Source of the DNA: a virus
Lineage: Duplodnaviria; Heunggongvirae; Uroviricota; Caudoviricetes
Length of the DNA: 59,631 bases
Virus record (IMG/VR): IMGVR_UViG_3300042991_000725
Span: 1-59,631 of that record
Strand: one strand, 5' to 3'
How positions within the stretch are numbered: the stretch's first letter is position 1; each line of letters begins with the position of its first letter. The translations under genes and the position numbers were made by a program. Below, one piece after another: positions 19,104 to 29,888 of this stretch. Below the pieces are notes generated by a model, which did not search any database, was not told the origin of the DNA, and saw only the letters and a list, made by a program, of their open reading frames with translations.

Positions 19104-19817
19104 ATGGGCGCAAATATATTTGATGAAACGATCCAATTAGAAGATAGCGCTTATACGAAACATGGCGGCGATACCATTATGGGTTCTGACATAGGAGATG
19201 AAGTCGCAAATGACGACTGTTATTTATCCACTTATCACATGTCTTTGTCTGATTTTTTTGTGCCATTCAAGGGAGAGGATATTGTAACAGCGTATGATGC
19301 AAGCACAAGCACTGAATATGAGACATATGCTGATATTACTCCGGTAGCTCCGGGCGATGTAACCGACCCCTCAGTCAAAGATTTATTGCCATTTGGAAGA
19401 CACGACCATAATAGTGATGGTCACATTACAGTCAAATCAACTACTTATGGATTATTAAATAATACAGGCGGGAAGGCTCCTCATGGCGACTTTGACATAA
19501 TGACCGTCAGGGGTATTGCCCTGCGCGTTCCATTAATGGTTGCCGGATGGGGCTGGACGAATAATGGGGCCAGTACATTCAGCACATACGATGAAAAATT
19601 ACCCGGTTCTGCCGGTTGGAAAATAGCACCATTAGACCTTAGATTTAATGAGGAAAGATGGGTGTGGGAGGCTGGAGGAGCAAATTCGCTAACAGATCAT
19701 TATCATCTCAAGGCGACTGATGGTGGAGCTGCCTATTCCGTCTTGTACCCTGCAGCCTCTGGAGAAGTTTCTGAGTCTGAGATTGTTCATATTATCCCTG
19801 CTGATTTGGTGGAATAA
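19104..19817 (+). CDS. Putative tail protein
   Basis: Translationally coupled between hub and receptor-binding gene. Confidence 0.5.
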   Translation: MGANIFDETIQLEDSAYTKHGGDTIMGSDIGDEVANDDCYLSTYHMSLSDFFVPFKGEDIVTAYDASTSTEYETYADITPVAPGDVTDPSVKDLLPFGRHDHNSDGHITVKSTTYGLLNNTGGKAPHGDFDIMTVRGIALRVPLMVAGWGWTNNGASTFSTYDEKLPGSAGWKIAPLDLRFNEERWVWEAGGANSLTDHYHLKATDGGAAYSVLYPAASGEVSESEIVHIIPADLVE

Positions 19818-22800
19818 TGGCTATTAGCAAAGGCCCCACCGTAAAACCCCTCGATTTAATTCCGTCATTTTCATATTATCCAGATCGAATTTCGCCTTTC
19901 AGGAAACATAAGAAATATTTGTGGCACCCGATGTATGACGAAAAATCAGATATACTTATTGGTTACATTCCCTATTTGGCGGATTTTATCAATCATTTTA
20001 TATCTAATTATCCATCTATTTATAAACCATATACTGATTTGTATGGCGGCTATCCTTCTGGGTCTCATAAACATGTCCACGGTTTTGATTCTACTGGGAA
20101 ACTTTATGCTGCTGGCGAGTGCTATATCGGCAAATGCACATTTGACGGAGCGTCTTCTGCTTGGGTTACTAAGGTGGGTAGTAGTATAGGAACCATAGCA
20201 TTTGATGAAAGCGAATGGATCAAGGATGGAATCCCTTCTATCCCTAATTTTACGGCTACCGTCACATCTGTTGTTGGGGCTGCAATCGCTGTTACAATTG
20301 ATTCGACTGTGTATAACACTACACTGTCTGGCAGTTTTACTTACGGCACGTATTTCACAATTCCGATTAGCGCTTCTGCAATCGTCGGTAATTCGGCAAC
20401 TGTTACCATTAATCCAATAGCGTCTGCATTCCCTGGGGGGGGTAAGAAAATCCCAGCCTATAATGCGCTGAAAAACGATTTAACCAAATTTGCTCCGACA
20501 TATGTTAGTGGCCCGACTTCTTTTGTTTGTAGGCCTGGACACAATATAATCAAAGTGTCTGATATTGGACCCGTTTTTAAAAATTCGTTAAATGTCAATC
20601 GCAATTTTCCATGTACATATTTTTACGCATATACTTCCGGGGCGGTTTTTCTTGGCGAATTTGATGCAATAAAATCGCATGTTACTCATTATACAGGACT
20701 ATTGCAAGGAGCATTTGGGAATGAAGACACCTATCCTGTTGTAAGTTATTCAAAATATGGCGAACGAGATTGGTTAACATATTCCTTTGACGAGAAAAAG
20801 TTCAAAGATTTGTTGCAAAGTCAGTATGCAAAAAAATATATAGATATGAGTTTTGACGACGCCAAGAAATATTCTTCTTTTGGCGATACTCAAACAATGT
20901 CGATCCAATTCCCCAGATACGACGCCACTGGAAAATTGTTAAACAATCCAATTTTTGACGCTACCGGCAAGCAGATCGGTGGTGTTAGTCTTGTAAAAAA
21001 TCAACCATTGTATGATGCCGCATTGATTAGCCAGAGAGAATTTTTGTCGATTGTTGTTGACGACGAGATAAAACAATTAGACGTTTCGTTGTCTATAATT
21101 AAAGGCGAAGCGGTCTATAGTAATAATGGACAAAAATTGGCGATTGAGCCAGACCATTTGTTGTATAACCCCAGGACAACCAGCATTTGGGCAAATGATT
21201 CGAACTCTGTATTTAGGACAGAGGCGTTTTTGGGTATTAAGGATGGATATGTCCATTCTTTAAGTGGCTCTACGGCTACTGGACTACCGAGAGCTGTGTT
21301 ATCTAACAACAAAAAATTTGTCATGTCTTATTTAGGGGCCGTTTCTTATAAGTATGCCGATCCTAGTGTTTTCAATAAAATCTCAGATATTGTAGATTAT
21401 TTAGACACATGCATAACTGTTGTTGGTTGGGATCTAACATATGACGAGGTCGGTAGCATAGTTTACTGTATATTAAAACCTGACGGACTTTATTTTCCAT
21501 TGCCGTCCAACTTGGTTATAGACAAGCAATTTGGACACCCCAAAGTTACAATAAGCGCGTCTTCATCGTTCCCTCATATATTCTCTTATTCTTACTCAAC
21601 ATCCGGGACACCATACGAAACTGAATGGAAAGTTATAGGAGATATTTCTTATAGCAAGATAGAATTGACGGATGGAGAGACTGTTGCTAAAAATATCTTT
21701 TTATCTCAACAACTGACGAGTCCGGCATATTTTGTTGCTGTAATAACCGAGGGGCATTTGCTAGTTTATATAACTTCGCAGGTCAATCAAACAGAAAATT
21801 TTTTGGATGCATTTGGGGTGCCCAAAAAAATTGGAGTTTCGTCGCCTACCGCTACACATAATTTCTCTATAAAAATACCAGATACGCTTGCTGGATTTAA
21901 TACGATAAGAACGGCTAAGCTTAGAACCACGGCAGATCAATATAGTGGTAAATTAATGGGTTTCCCTAGTGTTGCTGTTTACGATGACAAACTAAGACTC
22001 TTTAATTTATCATACAATTTTAAGTCTGTCACTATTGATAGAAATTGTTACATAAGAATTGTCCCTATAATGTCAAACCTTTTTTCCGGGAATTTGCTAA
22101 ACCAAGCATCTGAAGAGAGCCGAAGTTTCAACAAATATTTTGTCAATCCGTATAAAATCTTAGATGCAAGGAAGCTGCTTGCTGCCGAATCTGCTTTGGA
22201 TTCTAACAATATTTTCTCTCTTGGTATAAAGAAAGGTTTTGATATAGACAGCCATACAAATTCGGTTATTTATAGAACACGCATAGAAGAAGAGGCAGAA
22301 GATGGGACCGTTTTTGATATTATTAATTATCAGCAACAAACAAAAAAAACGTACAATATAGATTCTGCGATATCTATTGTGTATGATCATATAGTATTGC
22401 TCGGCAATTATATTTATTTTTCGCCAACTTGGTCTTCTGGAATATTGACAGATGCTCAACCTTGGACCGTAGGTAATAGTTTGACCAATATTCTTACAAC
22501 TTCTTGGGACATAGACAACGGAAAGTTTTATGCATATATCTTACGTGGTAGCGCATTTCTACAATCTGGGGGAGAATATGTTAATTTCCAAATAACTGCT
22601 GTGTCTACTCAATATTTGAAATGCAACCCTCAAGGTGCTTATGATGTTTCTATTTTACAAGCCGGGGATAAAATTGCCATATTTAAAAAACAGCAAGTTT
22701 TACCAGAAGAAACAAATGCTGTTAAACTCCCATCTTATACCCGCTCCATAACAGAAGACGACACTTATTTTTATATATTATATCGACCAGCTATTGGTTT

Positions 22801-24199
22801 GAATCAGGCAAGAGTAAAGATTGTTACAAAATCAAAATTTATCAATGGCGACACTGATTATCTTTATGCTGATATAGATATTAGTAGTCATGCATCGGCG
22901 ACCGCATGGGCCTTATTTAACTCGTTTGTTTATGATGAGGCCAATGATTGTTTGTGGCTCGGCTTTGATAGTAATGCTACAGGTCATTACACATTATTAA
23001 AACTCGACAAGTCTACCCTGGCGATATTGGCTACTATAGTCAACCAAGATCTTGCTGGTCTATTAAAATTTCTCCCTATTTTTACAGATGATAGCGGTTA
23101 CGTGTATTTTATGAAGAAGAAGTATGATGCTTCTACTGGTAGCGATTCCGGGGTATACAACGATTACTTGGTATCCGAATCGGAATCATATTTGGTTGCC
23201 GGGGCAGGGGTGCCAGGACTAACTATCTCATATTTGTTGGGATATAGTGGGATAGATTATGACGAAACGACTGCCGAATATGAAGAAATAGCCGTTTCTG
23301 GAGGAATAGCAAGAGACGTTGTTGACAATCCCCCTCTTTATACCGAAGAATCTACTGATTATTTCCATTTTTATTTTACAACAAAAAATCCTTCTTCGGC
23401 TTTGTATAATTACTACAGGGTTCGTTGGGCGTTGCCTCAACAGTCGGTGTTTAATAGGAAGCCGCACATCGAGTTTGTAAAAGCGTTGCTTTCTGATGGC
23501 TCTTTGGGCAATTGGCCAGACTCATTGAACGATTATCCTTACTCTAACAGCGTTGTTTCTAATGTTGTTACTTTAAATAGTCAATATAACGGAAGTGCTG
23601 GCTATATCAGCCCATACATTGTTTGTGACTTGTCTTTTGTTGTAGACCCTATATCTAAAGTTTCTGCCATTTATAATGGGGAAACAACAAAGGATTATAT
23701 GACCGATTTTGATACAACTGGGAAATACGTATATGCACCATCTTATTACGGTAGTGTTGTTGGACCTCTAGGGCACAAGATGGTTTATGTGAGTACGGCG
23801 AATTTGGAGATAAACAATGCCGTAACCAAAGTGTATGGTCAAACACTCTATAGCAGTTCAGCTCATTCGTTCGCATACGGTAGCTCGCCTTTGGTTTGGT
23901 ACAATCTGGCTCCTACATCTTTTAATAGTGCTGCGCTGGTAGTTGATTGGGCACAAACACTCTCTACCGTTGACACTGTCAACAAAACAATAACGATAGT
24001 TCTGCACAAAGCCGTCACTACTTACGTCCCAGTTTCATATCATCCTTATTGGACCATCTCTGGTGTTGTAGATTCTTATATTAATTATGCTACAATACCG
24101 CTTGAGGAATCTGATATGGGGAATAATGCCTTATTATATCTTGTAGACTCTTATTTGAATTCGGTAATGCCTGCTGGCTACTGGTATGGTGGCATTTAA
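19817..24199 (+). CDS. Large putative receptor-binding/tail fibre protein
   Basis: 1460 aa, Tyr/Ser/Asp-rich beta composition, last gene of the tail module. Confidence 0.55.
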   Translation: MAISKGPTVKPLDLIPSFSYYPDRISPFRKHKKYLWHPMYDEKSDILIGYIPYLADFINHFISNYPSIYKPYTDLYGGYPSGSHKHVHGFDSTGKLYAAGECYIGKCTFDGASSAWVTKVGSSIGTIAFDESEWIKDGIPSIPNFTATVTSVVGAAIAVTIDSTVYNTTLSGSFTYGTYFTIPISASAIVGNSATVTINPIASAFPGGGKKIPAYNALKNDLTKFAPTYVSGPTSFVCRPGHNIIKVSDIGPVFKNSLNVNRNFPCTYFYAYTSGAVFLGEFDAIKSHVTHYTGLLQGAFGNEDTYPVVSYSKYGERDWLTYSFDEKKFKDLLQSQYAKKYIDMSFDDAKKYSSFGDTQTMSIQFPRYDATGKLLNNPIFDATGKQIGGVSLVKNQPLYDAALISQREFLSIVVDDEIKQLDVSLSIIKGEAVYSNNGQKLAIEPDHLLYNPRTTSIWANDSNSVFRTEAFLGIKDGYVHSLSGSTATGLPRAVLSNNKKFVMSYLGAVSYKYADPSVFNKISDIVDYLDTCITVVGWDLTYDEVGSIVYCILKPDGLYFPLPSNLVIDKQFGHPKVTISASSSFPHIFSYSYSTSGTPYETEWKVIGDISYSKIELTDGETVAKNIFLSQQLTSPAYFVAVITEGHLLVYITSQVNQTENFLDAFGVPKKIGVSSPTATHNFSIKIPDTLAGFNTIRTAKLRTTADQYSGKLMGFPSVAVYDDKLRLFNLSYNFKSVTIDRNCYIRIVPIMSNLFSGNLLNQASEESRSFNKYFVNPYKILDARKLLAAESALDSNNIFSLGIKKGFDIDSHTNSVIYRTRIEEEAEDGTVFDIINYQQQTKKTYNIDSAISIVYDHIVLLGNYIYFSPTWSSGILTDAQPWTVGNSLTNILTTSWDIDNGKFYAYILRGSAFLQSGGEYVNFQITAVSTQYLKCNPQGAYDVSILQAGDKIAIFKKQQVLPEETNAVKLPSYTRSITEDDTYFYILYRPAIGLNQARVKIVTKSKFINGDTDYLYADIDISSHASATAWALFNSFVYDEANDCLWLGFDSNATGHYTLLKLDKSTLAILATIVNQDLAGLLKFLPIFTDDSGYVYFMKKKYDASTGSDSGVYNDYLVSESESYLVAGAGVPGLTISYLLGYSGIDYDETTAEYEEIAVSGGIARDVVDNPPLYTEESTDYFHFYFTTKNPSSALYNYYRVRWALPQQSVFNRKPHIEFVKALLSDGSLGNWPDSLNDYPYSNSVVSNVVTLNSQYNGSAGYISPYIVCDLSFVVDPISKVSAIYNGETTKDYMTDFDTTGKYVYAPSYYGSVVGPLGHKMVYVSTANLEINNAVTKVYGQTLYSSSAHSFAYGSSPLVWYNLAPTSFNSAALVVDWAQTLSTVDTVNKTITIVLHKAVTTYVPVSYHPYWTISGVVDSYINYATIPLEESDMGNNALLYLVDSYLNSVMPAGYWYGGI

Positions 24200-24277
24200 T
24201 TTCCATTTTTCAACAGTAAAATCCTTCAATTTATATCTATATACATAGAACTGGTTGATGCTATAGAATCATTTTTT

Positions 24278-24496
24278 ATGAGAGTAGCCATGAAAGACCC
24301 AATTTTTAAGTTCAAGAAGACAATGACTGGCGATGAAGAAACTATCACAATAAACATAACCCTATCTATATCAGCTATTTCGGTAGTTTTTGGCATGTCG
24401 CTTTTGGCCATTTTATTGACATCAATTTTTACTTCAAATTCTTGTCAGTCAACAACTAATGGGGCAATTATAGTTAAGCAGACAGAGGCGATGTAG
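24278..24496 (+). CDS. Small membrane protein
   Basis: One long hydrophobic segment (ITLSISAISVVFGMSLLAILLTSIF). Confidence 0.5.
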   Translation: MRVAMKDPIFKFKKTMTGDEETITINITLSISAISVVFGMSLLAILLTSIFTSNSCQSTTNGAIIVKQTEAM

Positions 24497-24499
24497 CAT

Positions 24500-24958
24500 A
24501 TGTCGAAAATAGAGAGAAATAGACATCTGACTTATCTTGTTCTTGTGAATAGACGCGGCATTAGTGCACTTCCCAAGGACTTTCATAAGCTTCCGTTATT
24601 TAAGCGTCAATATAAGCAAATAATGACAGTAATAGGCGTAGTTACGCGTAGCCAGTACAAGGGCACTCCCTATCACGAAGAAGCGTTAAAACGGGCCATA
24701 ATCAACAATAAACTGTGTCTTTGGAAGGGGTTTAAGGAGATAGGGCTGTTTCATTGGATGGTGCAAAAGGAGCATGACCAAATAGACAAGGAGAATTTGC
24801 CAAAAGACTCTGGAGAAAAGATCAATATTGAACCAGTTAAGCCACAAGACATTAGAACGGAAATTGAAAAGTCAACAGCAAAAAAGCAAACTTTTAATCT
24901 ATTTGAGTGTGAACAAACTATATTAGGGGAACAAAATGCCAAAGCGCGGAAGACCTAA
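24500..24958 (+). CDS. Hypothetical protein
   Basis: 152 aa ORF overlapping recA start. Confidence 0.6.
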   Translation: MSKIERNRHLTYLVLVNRRGISALPKDFHKLPLFKRQYKQIMTVIGVVTRSQYKGTPYHEEALKRAIINNKLCLWKGFKEIGLFHWMVQKEHDQIDKENLPKDSGEKINIEPVKPQDIRTEIEKSTAKKQTFNLFECEQTILGEQNAKARKT

Positions 24959-26054
24959 AAAGATAGAGAAGAGCCCAGAAGTTGTAGAAACAAGTCCTGT
25001 AGAACAGACAGAAGTTGTTACTCCACAAAATGTTACGCCATGTTCCAAAGAAACAAAGAAGCAGACAGATGCTATAGAGTCGAAAATAAAGAATGATTTT
25101 GGCAATGTACTTGTCAGCTTCAGGGAGTATGCGGAACGGCCAGACTATATCATCAGAACAATTCCTGCCGCCGACATACTTCTGAATGGTGGGCTAAGAA
25201 CTGGTCGCCATATGCTTATTAGTGGTAAGCCGTCTGTTGGCAAGACTACACTCAGTCTGTATTTCGCCAAAAAAGCATACGAGCAATACGGTTGCCCTAT
25301 TTATTACTTTAAGGTTGAAGGCCGGTTAGATAAAGGTCTTGTTAAGTCAATTGGCATTACAGAGGATTATAAGTTCAGTATTATAGAAAGTACACAGGAT
25401 CGCATTTTATTTTCCAAAGATTATTTACAGATGCTTATTGATATGATGAAGGGGATTAGGTCTGGATTCTACATTTTCGATTCGCTGTCAATGCTACTCC
25501 CGCAAGACGAGTACGAAGGCGGAATGAGTGGCTCCACTATGATGCAACTTGGAAGAGATGCCGCCAAATTTTTCCGTACTGCTTGCAATCTAGTTTACCC
25601 GACAAATTCGACCATTATTTTTATTGTTCACGAAATGGCAATCAGATCGACTGGGATGCCGGGAGCACCTACTTCTGGCGAGGGTGGCGGCAATGCTGTT
25701 AAGTTTGAAAATGATTTGCATTTAAGTTGTTGGACTGGCGACAAGTATAAGGATAGCGAGACTGGGTACGTTTTCGGACATGATATTCATGCAAAAATAA
25801 AGAAAATTTCTTGGGCCTCTACCATGTGGAGTGAGTTTGTAGTGCCTATCCGTTACGGCAAAGGTATTGATGAAGAGCGGTCTATTCTTGATAGTGCACA
25901 GCAATTTGGCATCATCAATAGAAGCGGAGCCAGCTACAGCTATAATGGTGAAAAGCTTGGTCATGGATTGGAAAATACTATAAATGTTTTAAGAGAAAAT
26001 ACAAAAATACGCGACGGTATTAAAGAGAAAATTTCAGCAATGGCATTCGGATAA
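24936..26054 (+). CDS. recA: RecA/UvsX-like recombinase
   Basis: Walker A GKPSVGKTT, KVEGRL catalytic Glu, Walker B IFDSL, GGGNAVKF, G.GID, GASYSY; N-terminal KRGRP extension. Confidence 0.92.
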   Translation: MPKRGRPKKIEKSPEVVETSPVEQTEVVTPQNVTPCSKETKKQTDAIESKIKNDFGNVLVSFREYAERPDYIIRTIPAADILLNGGLRTGRHMLISGKPSVGKTTLSLYFAKKAYEQYGCPIYYFKVEGRLDKGLVKSIGITEDYKFSIIESTQDRILFSKDYLQMLIDMMKGIRSGFYIFDSLSMLLPQDEYEGGMSGSTMMQLGRDAAKFFRTACNLVYPTNSTIIFIVHEMAIRSTGMPGAPTSGEGGGNAVKFENDLHLSCWTGDKYKDSETGYVFGHDIHAKIKKISWASTMWSEFVVPIRYGKGIDEERSILDSAQQFGIINRSGASYSYNGEKLGHGLENTINVLRENTKIRDGIKEKISAMAFG

Positions 26055-26254
26055 TGGTCAACGAAAACCCGTTTATATTCAATAGAAAGAAGTATGATAG
26101 TGTAATAGTTGGTGTGTGCAAGTATTGTAATAGGAGGACATATACAGCAACTGAAATTTGCAAACGCTGTTTTGTTGAGTTTGCGTTGGAAGGAAAATAT
26201 GCAGTGGACCACCGAGAGAGGCCAGCGAATAAATCTGAAACTGACCAAACATAG
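26054..26254 (+). CDS. Small Cys-rich hypothetical protein
   Basis: CxxC...CxxC (CKYC, CKRC). Confidence 0.45.
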   Translation: MVNENPFIFNRKKYDSVIVGVCKYCNRRTYTATEICKRCFVEFALEGKYAVDHRERPANKSETDQT

Positions 26255-26609
26255 CATACATAGGAGCAATAGACAGGACAATATTCTTGCGAAACTTAAG
26301 AAACTTTTTCCGTATGATATATTTTATGAAGAAGTAAGAATTCCAGAGACTAGATTGTCTATAGATATATTGTCTCCTTCTTTGCGTGTGGCTGTTGAGG
26401 TGGATTCGGAACTCCATGAAAAGTACAACAAACATTACCACAAAGACTATCATTCTTTTTTGCGAGTGTATAAAAACGATACGCTTAAAAATAAATTATG
26501 CGCCATCAATGGGTTAAAATTAATTAGACTTGATAGGGACGAATATTCTAACGACCAGCTTGCTTCATTAATTTTAATAAAGGAACAGAAGCATGAGCAT
26601 ACAGTCTGA
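26199..26609 (+). CDS. Vsr/DUF559-like PD-(D/E)xK endonuclease
   Basis: EEVRIP...IDI...AVEVDSELH...NDTLKNKLC...LKLIRL. Confidence 0.8.
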   Translation: MQWTTERGQRINLKLTKHSIHRSNRQDNILAKLKKLFPYDIFYEEVRIPETRLSIDILSPSLRVAVEVDSELHEKYNKHYHKDYHSFLRVYKNDTLKNKLCAINGLKLIRLDRDEYSNDQLASLILIKEQKHEHTV

Positions 26610-27390
26610 CGAAATTGTTGCAAGATGGAGTGCATTTATAGAGCTTATTGATAATGTGAAGAATTGTAAGAGCAAGGATAAGTGCAAGTTGTGTGGGAAT
26701 ATGGTGTTCGGTACTGGTCCGTTAAATGCGGAGCTTGTTATTGTTGGAGAAGCAGCGGGGGAAACCGAAGAAATTCTTGGTATCCCGTTCGTTGGTCTTG
26801 CCGGTCTTATGTTGACAAAGATGTTGGCGGCGATAGGTATAGATAGAACGTCTGTTTATATCTGTAATACTGTCAAGGGGCGACCACCAGAGGACAGAAA
26901 GCCAACCTCCGAAGAACTATCTTCATGCAGACATTTCCTCATTGACCAAATAGCCATTGTCAGGCCGAAGGTTATTCTTTGTCTTGGAGAAACTGCGGCA
27001 CAAGCAATCTTGAGTTGTCAGGAAAAAGTGACAGCGTTGCGCGGAAAGGTTATTGACTGGAGCGAGAATGCTAAGACGAAAGTGATTGTCACATATCATC
27101 CTATTTATTTATGCAAGAAGCCGTCTGCCAAGGGCGAGGCAATGAAAGACTTACTCCTTCTCAAATCTGTTCTTGATCAATTGAACCAGGCCCCTGTTGT
27201 TAATGAAACTGTCGCTGTAGAGGCTGTTACCACTTGTGATACATGTGCAGGGAGAACTGTTAAAATTCGCGGATTGTACCCAAAAGATCCAGAGGTGGAA
27301 GTCTGTCCTACGTGTATGAGAGATCGCATTCATCGTACTGTTAGTATGTTGGTGCCGTTAAAGGTGCAAACGAAGGTCATTAATGTTTAA
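26593..27390 (+). CDS. udg: Uracil-DNA glycosylase family 4 with C-terminal Zn-ribbon-like extension
   Basis: VFGTG...VGEAAG.TE...PFVG.AG..L, NTVKGRPP, VTYHP; C-terminal CDTC...CPTC. Confidence 0.92.
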   Translation: MSIQSDEIVARWSAFIELIDNVKNCKSKDKCKLCGNMVFGTGPLNAELVIVGEAAGETEEILGIPFVGLAGLMLTKMLAAIGIDRTSVYICNTVKGRPPEDRKPTSEELSSCRHFLIDQIAIVRPKVILCLGETAAQAILSCQEKVTALRGKVIDWSENAKTKVIVTYHPIYLCKKPSAKGEAMKDLLLLKSVLDQLNQAPVVNETVAVEAVTTCDTCAGRTVKIRGLYPKDPEVEVCPTCMRDRIHRTVSMLVPLKVQTKVINV

Positions 27391-27556
27391 AGACGATATT
27401 ATTCGTTTCCGTATTTGGAACAAGGATTCCAACTATATTAACTATAAAGATTTACGTTTTTCAATGGGAATTAATGATGAAATTATAAATTTTCGAAAAT
27501 GGGGGTTCAAGTTTAAGACAATTGAAAACGTGTATGAAGGAGCGAATAATGGCTGA
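27383..27556 (+). CDS. Small protein with YopX-like N-terminus
   Basis: Manual translation MFKDDIIRFRIWNKD...; fills gap with ATG/stop overlaps. Confidence 0.4.
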   Translation: MFKDDIIRFRIWNKDSNYINYKDLRFSMGINDEIINFRKWGFKFKTIENVYEGANNG

Positions 27557-27965
27557 ACATAAAAGTCCAAAAGAATTACTTGAAATGTTAAATCTTGATA
27601 ATGTAGCTACAGACGAAAGGGCTGCAGAGATTTTAAAGGCAAAGGCCGACGAAATTGAGCGTTGGAGCATTGAAGACTTGGGCATAGCTTCAGCTGTTAT
27701 CTGCCGCCATGCTCTTGTGGTTAAATTGGAACACAATAAGTCGATGGCTAGGCGCGATTATTTTATATATAAAAAAGAGCGATCTAAGGTTTCTGGATTA
27801 GATGACGAAGTAGACTCCTTCAGTCTCAAGATTACTGAGGAAAGCCAAAAGCGCACATTGCTTTATAATATGTCAGAGCATCTTCTTGAATACGCCAACG
27901 TTCTTAAAAAGCTGTATGACCGCAAGTCTTATGAACATTCTATGCACAATAGGGTGCAATCGTGA
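27549..27965 (+). CDS. Coiled-coil protein, possibly UvsY-like recombination mediator
   Basis: 138 aa all-helical; SD AAGGAG; near recA. Confidence 0.35.
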   Translation: MAEHKSPKELLEMLNLDNVATDERAAEILKAKADEIERWSIEDLGIASAVICRHALVVKLEHNKSMARRDYFIYKKERSKVSGLDDEVDSFSLKITEESQKRTLLYNMSEHLLEYANVLKKLYDRKSYEHSMHNRVQS

Positions 27966-28429
27966 CTAAATTTTACTATAGCGTAGTTATGAGCGGAGTA
28001 ACAATAGGTGTTCTATTCTGCTCGGCCTGTTATCTTTTATTTAATTCCAAGCATCCATATTCAACACATTCTGCAATTATATGTATTTTAGTAGGCATTT
28101 TGCAATGCTTCAAGGTTTTCAGAGAGGCCATAACCATATGCGCGTTTGAAAATGTTGTAGATCAAAATAAAAACAAAAATATTGCAGCGCGTGCATTGTG
28201 TAATATTGAAAAAATAGCCATTAATATTAGTGGAAATATAGACGACAGTTGGCAAACGTTTGACCTTGTTAATGACGCTGAAGAGCTTGCTAATTGGCAC
28301 CCCATCATTCTGAAAGAAATAGCGTCTAATCCTAAGAAATTCTTCAAAAATGCTATTGTAACAATGTCGTTGGTGAAAAAGTTTGAGCATTTGGAAAATA
28401 ACGGCGGAACTAAAAATGGTGAAATATGA
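27962..28429 (+). CDS. Membrane protein
   Basis: Two N-terminal hydrophobic segments. Confidence 0.6.
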   Translation: MTKFYYSVVMSGVTIGVLFCSACYLLFNSKHPYSTHSAIICILVGILQCFKVFREAITICAFENVVDQNKNKNIAARALCNIEKIAINISGNIDDSWQTFDLVNDAEELANWHPIILKEIASNPKKFFKNAIVTMSLVKKFEHLENNGGTKNGEI

Positions 28430-29715
28430 TTGCAGGGAAGACTATTTGTATTGTTGGGCTTGGATACGTTGGACTTCCGTTGGCTTTGGCGTTCGGCAAA
28501 CACATTAAAACCATAGGATTTGATGTTTCCGAATCCAAGATTGCTTTTTATAAAAGTGCTATTGATCCTACAGGGGAAGTTGACGCAAAAGCATTTAAAG
28601 ATTCTGTTAATTCAACTTTTACTACAGACGAACGAAGAATAGGCGATGCCGACTTTATTGTTGTCGCTGTACCGACACCTGCAGATGGCGTCAATCCTCC
28701 AGATTTAAGTTATGTTGAGAAGGCGACAGCGGCTGTTGGCAGGAATATGAAGGCCGGGGCTATTGTTATTTATGAATCTACTGTTTATCCGGGAGTTACG
28801 GACGATATATGTGCGCCCATTTTAGAAAAAGAATCCAAAATGAGACGTGGGTCTGGATTCAAGCTTGGATATTCTCCAGAACGCATCAATCCCGGCGATA
28901 AGAATCATTCATTGGAAAACGTTGTTAAGATTGTTAGTGGAGAAGATCAAGAAACCCTTAATACTATTGCTTCACTCTATTCTTTGGTGGTTAGGGCGGG
29001 AGTGTATAAGGCGCCAAGCATAAAAATTGCAGAAGCCGCCAAGGTTATTGAAAATATACAGCGAGATATTAACATTGCACTTATGAATGAATTATCTATT
29101 ATTTTCCATAGAATTGGAATAGATACTGTGGATGTGCTTGAAGCCGCAGGGACCAAATGGAACTTTTTGCCATTCCGTCCGGGCTATGTTGGCGGTCATT
29201 GCATAAGTCAAGATCCTTACTATCTCTCCTATAAGTCTAAATCGCTAGGATATTACCCACACATTATTCTTGCAGGGAGACGTATCAATAATGGAATGGG
29301 AAAATATATAGCTGAACAAACAGTCAAGAGAATGATTGAGTTTAATCGGAATATAAAAGGGGGAAGGGTTCTTGTTTTAGGCATAACATTTAAAGAAAAC
29401 TGTAAAGACTTAAGAAATTCTAAGGTATATGACACGATAAAAGAGCTTGAAAGTTATGGAATCGAGGTGAGTGTTTATGATCCGGTTGCCGATCCAGAGG
29501 AAGTAACAAGGGAGTATGGAATAAATGCAGTATCGTTGGACACTGTTAAAAATATTGAGGCCGTCATAGCGGCAGTTTCTCATAAAGAAATTATCAATAT
29601 AAATCTTTGTGAACTACGCAAAAGGGCTATCGGCATTATTCCATTCATAGATGTAAAATCTTGTTTTGATAGGGAAAAGTTGGGGTCACTCGGCTTTGAC
29701 GTTTGGAGATTATAA
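28426..29715 (+). CDS. UDP-N-acetylhexosamine (nucleotide-sugar) dehydrogenase, WbpO/TviB-like
   Basis: GLGYVG Rossmann motif, VAVPTP, ESTVYPG, YSPERINPG, AEAAKVIEN, catalytic GGHCI, TFKENC.D.RNSK. Confidence 0.95.
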   Translation: MIAGKTICIVGLGYVGLPLALAFGKHIKTIGFDVSESKIAFYKSAIDPTGEVDAKAFKDSVNSTFTTDERRIGDADFIVVAVPTPADGVNPPDLSYVEKATAAVGRNMKAGAIVIYESTVYPGVTDDICAPILEKESKMRRGSGFKLGYSPERINPGDKNHSLENVVKIVSGEDQETLNTIASLYSLVVRAGVYKAPSIKIAEAAKVIENIQRDINIALMNELSIIFHRIGIDTVDVLEAAGTKWNFLPFRPGYVGGHCISQDPYYLSYKSKSLGYYPHIILAGRRINNGMGKYIAEQTVKRMIEFNRNIKGGRVLVLGITFKENCKDLRNSKVYDTIKELESYGIEVSVYDPVADPEEVTREYGINAVSLDTVKNIEAVIAAVSHKEIININLCELRKRAIGIIPFIDVKSCFDREKLGSLGFDVWRL

Positions 29716-29888
29716 TGGATGAAATTGACGGATACAAATATAGAATCTGTATTTGTTGGAGGGTGGCGGCTGGATGCAGTCATGCTTGTATTGAGCTATG
29801 CAGCGATAAGCAAAGAGAGGCATGTAAAGAGGCACAGAAGGCTGACAATAATGCTATCGGCATGGATAAACCAAGGGAGGAGCTATGA
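29703..29888 (+). CDS. Small Cys-rich hypothetical protein
   Basis: ORF bridging neighbours with start/stop overlaps. Confidence 0.4.
   Translation: MEIIMDEIDGYKYRICICWRVAAGCSHACIELCSDKQREACKEAQKADNNAIGMDKPREEL

Noticed and set aside
19817-24199. Diversity-generating retroelement target
   Set aside because: No reverse transcriptase or template repeat seen in the window and no C-type lectin GFR ending.
11200-24199. Contractile tail or baseplate genes
   Set aside because: No sheath, gp25-like, baseplate J or LysM motifs recognised.
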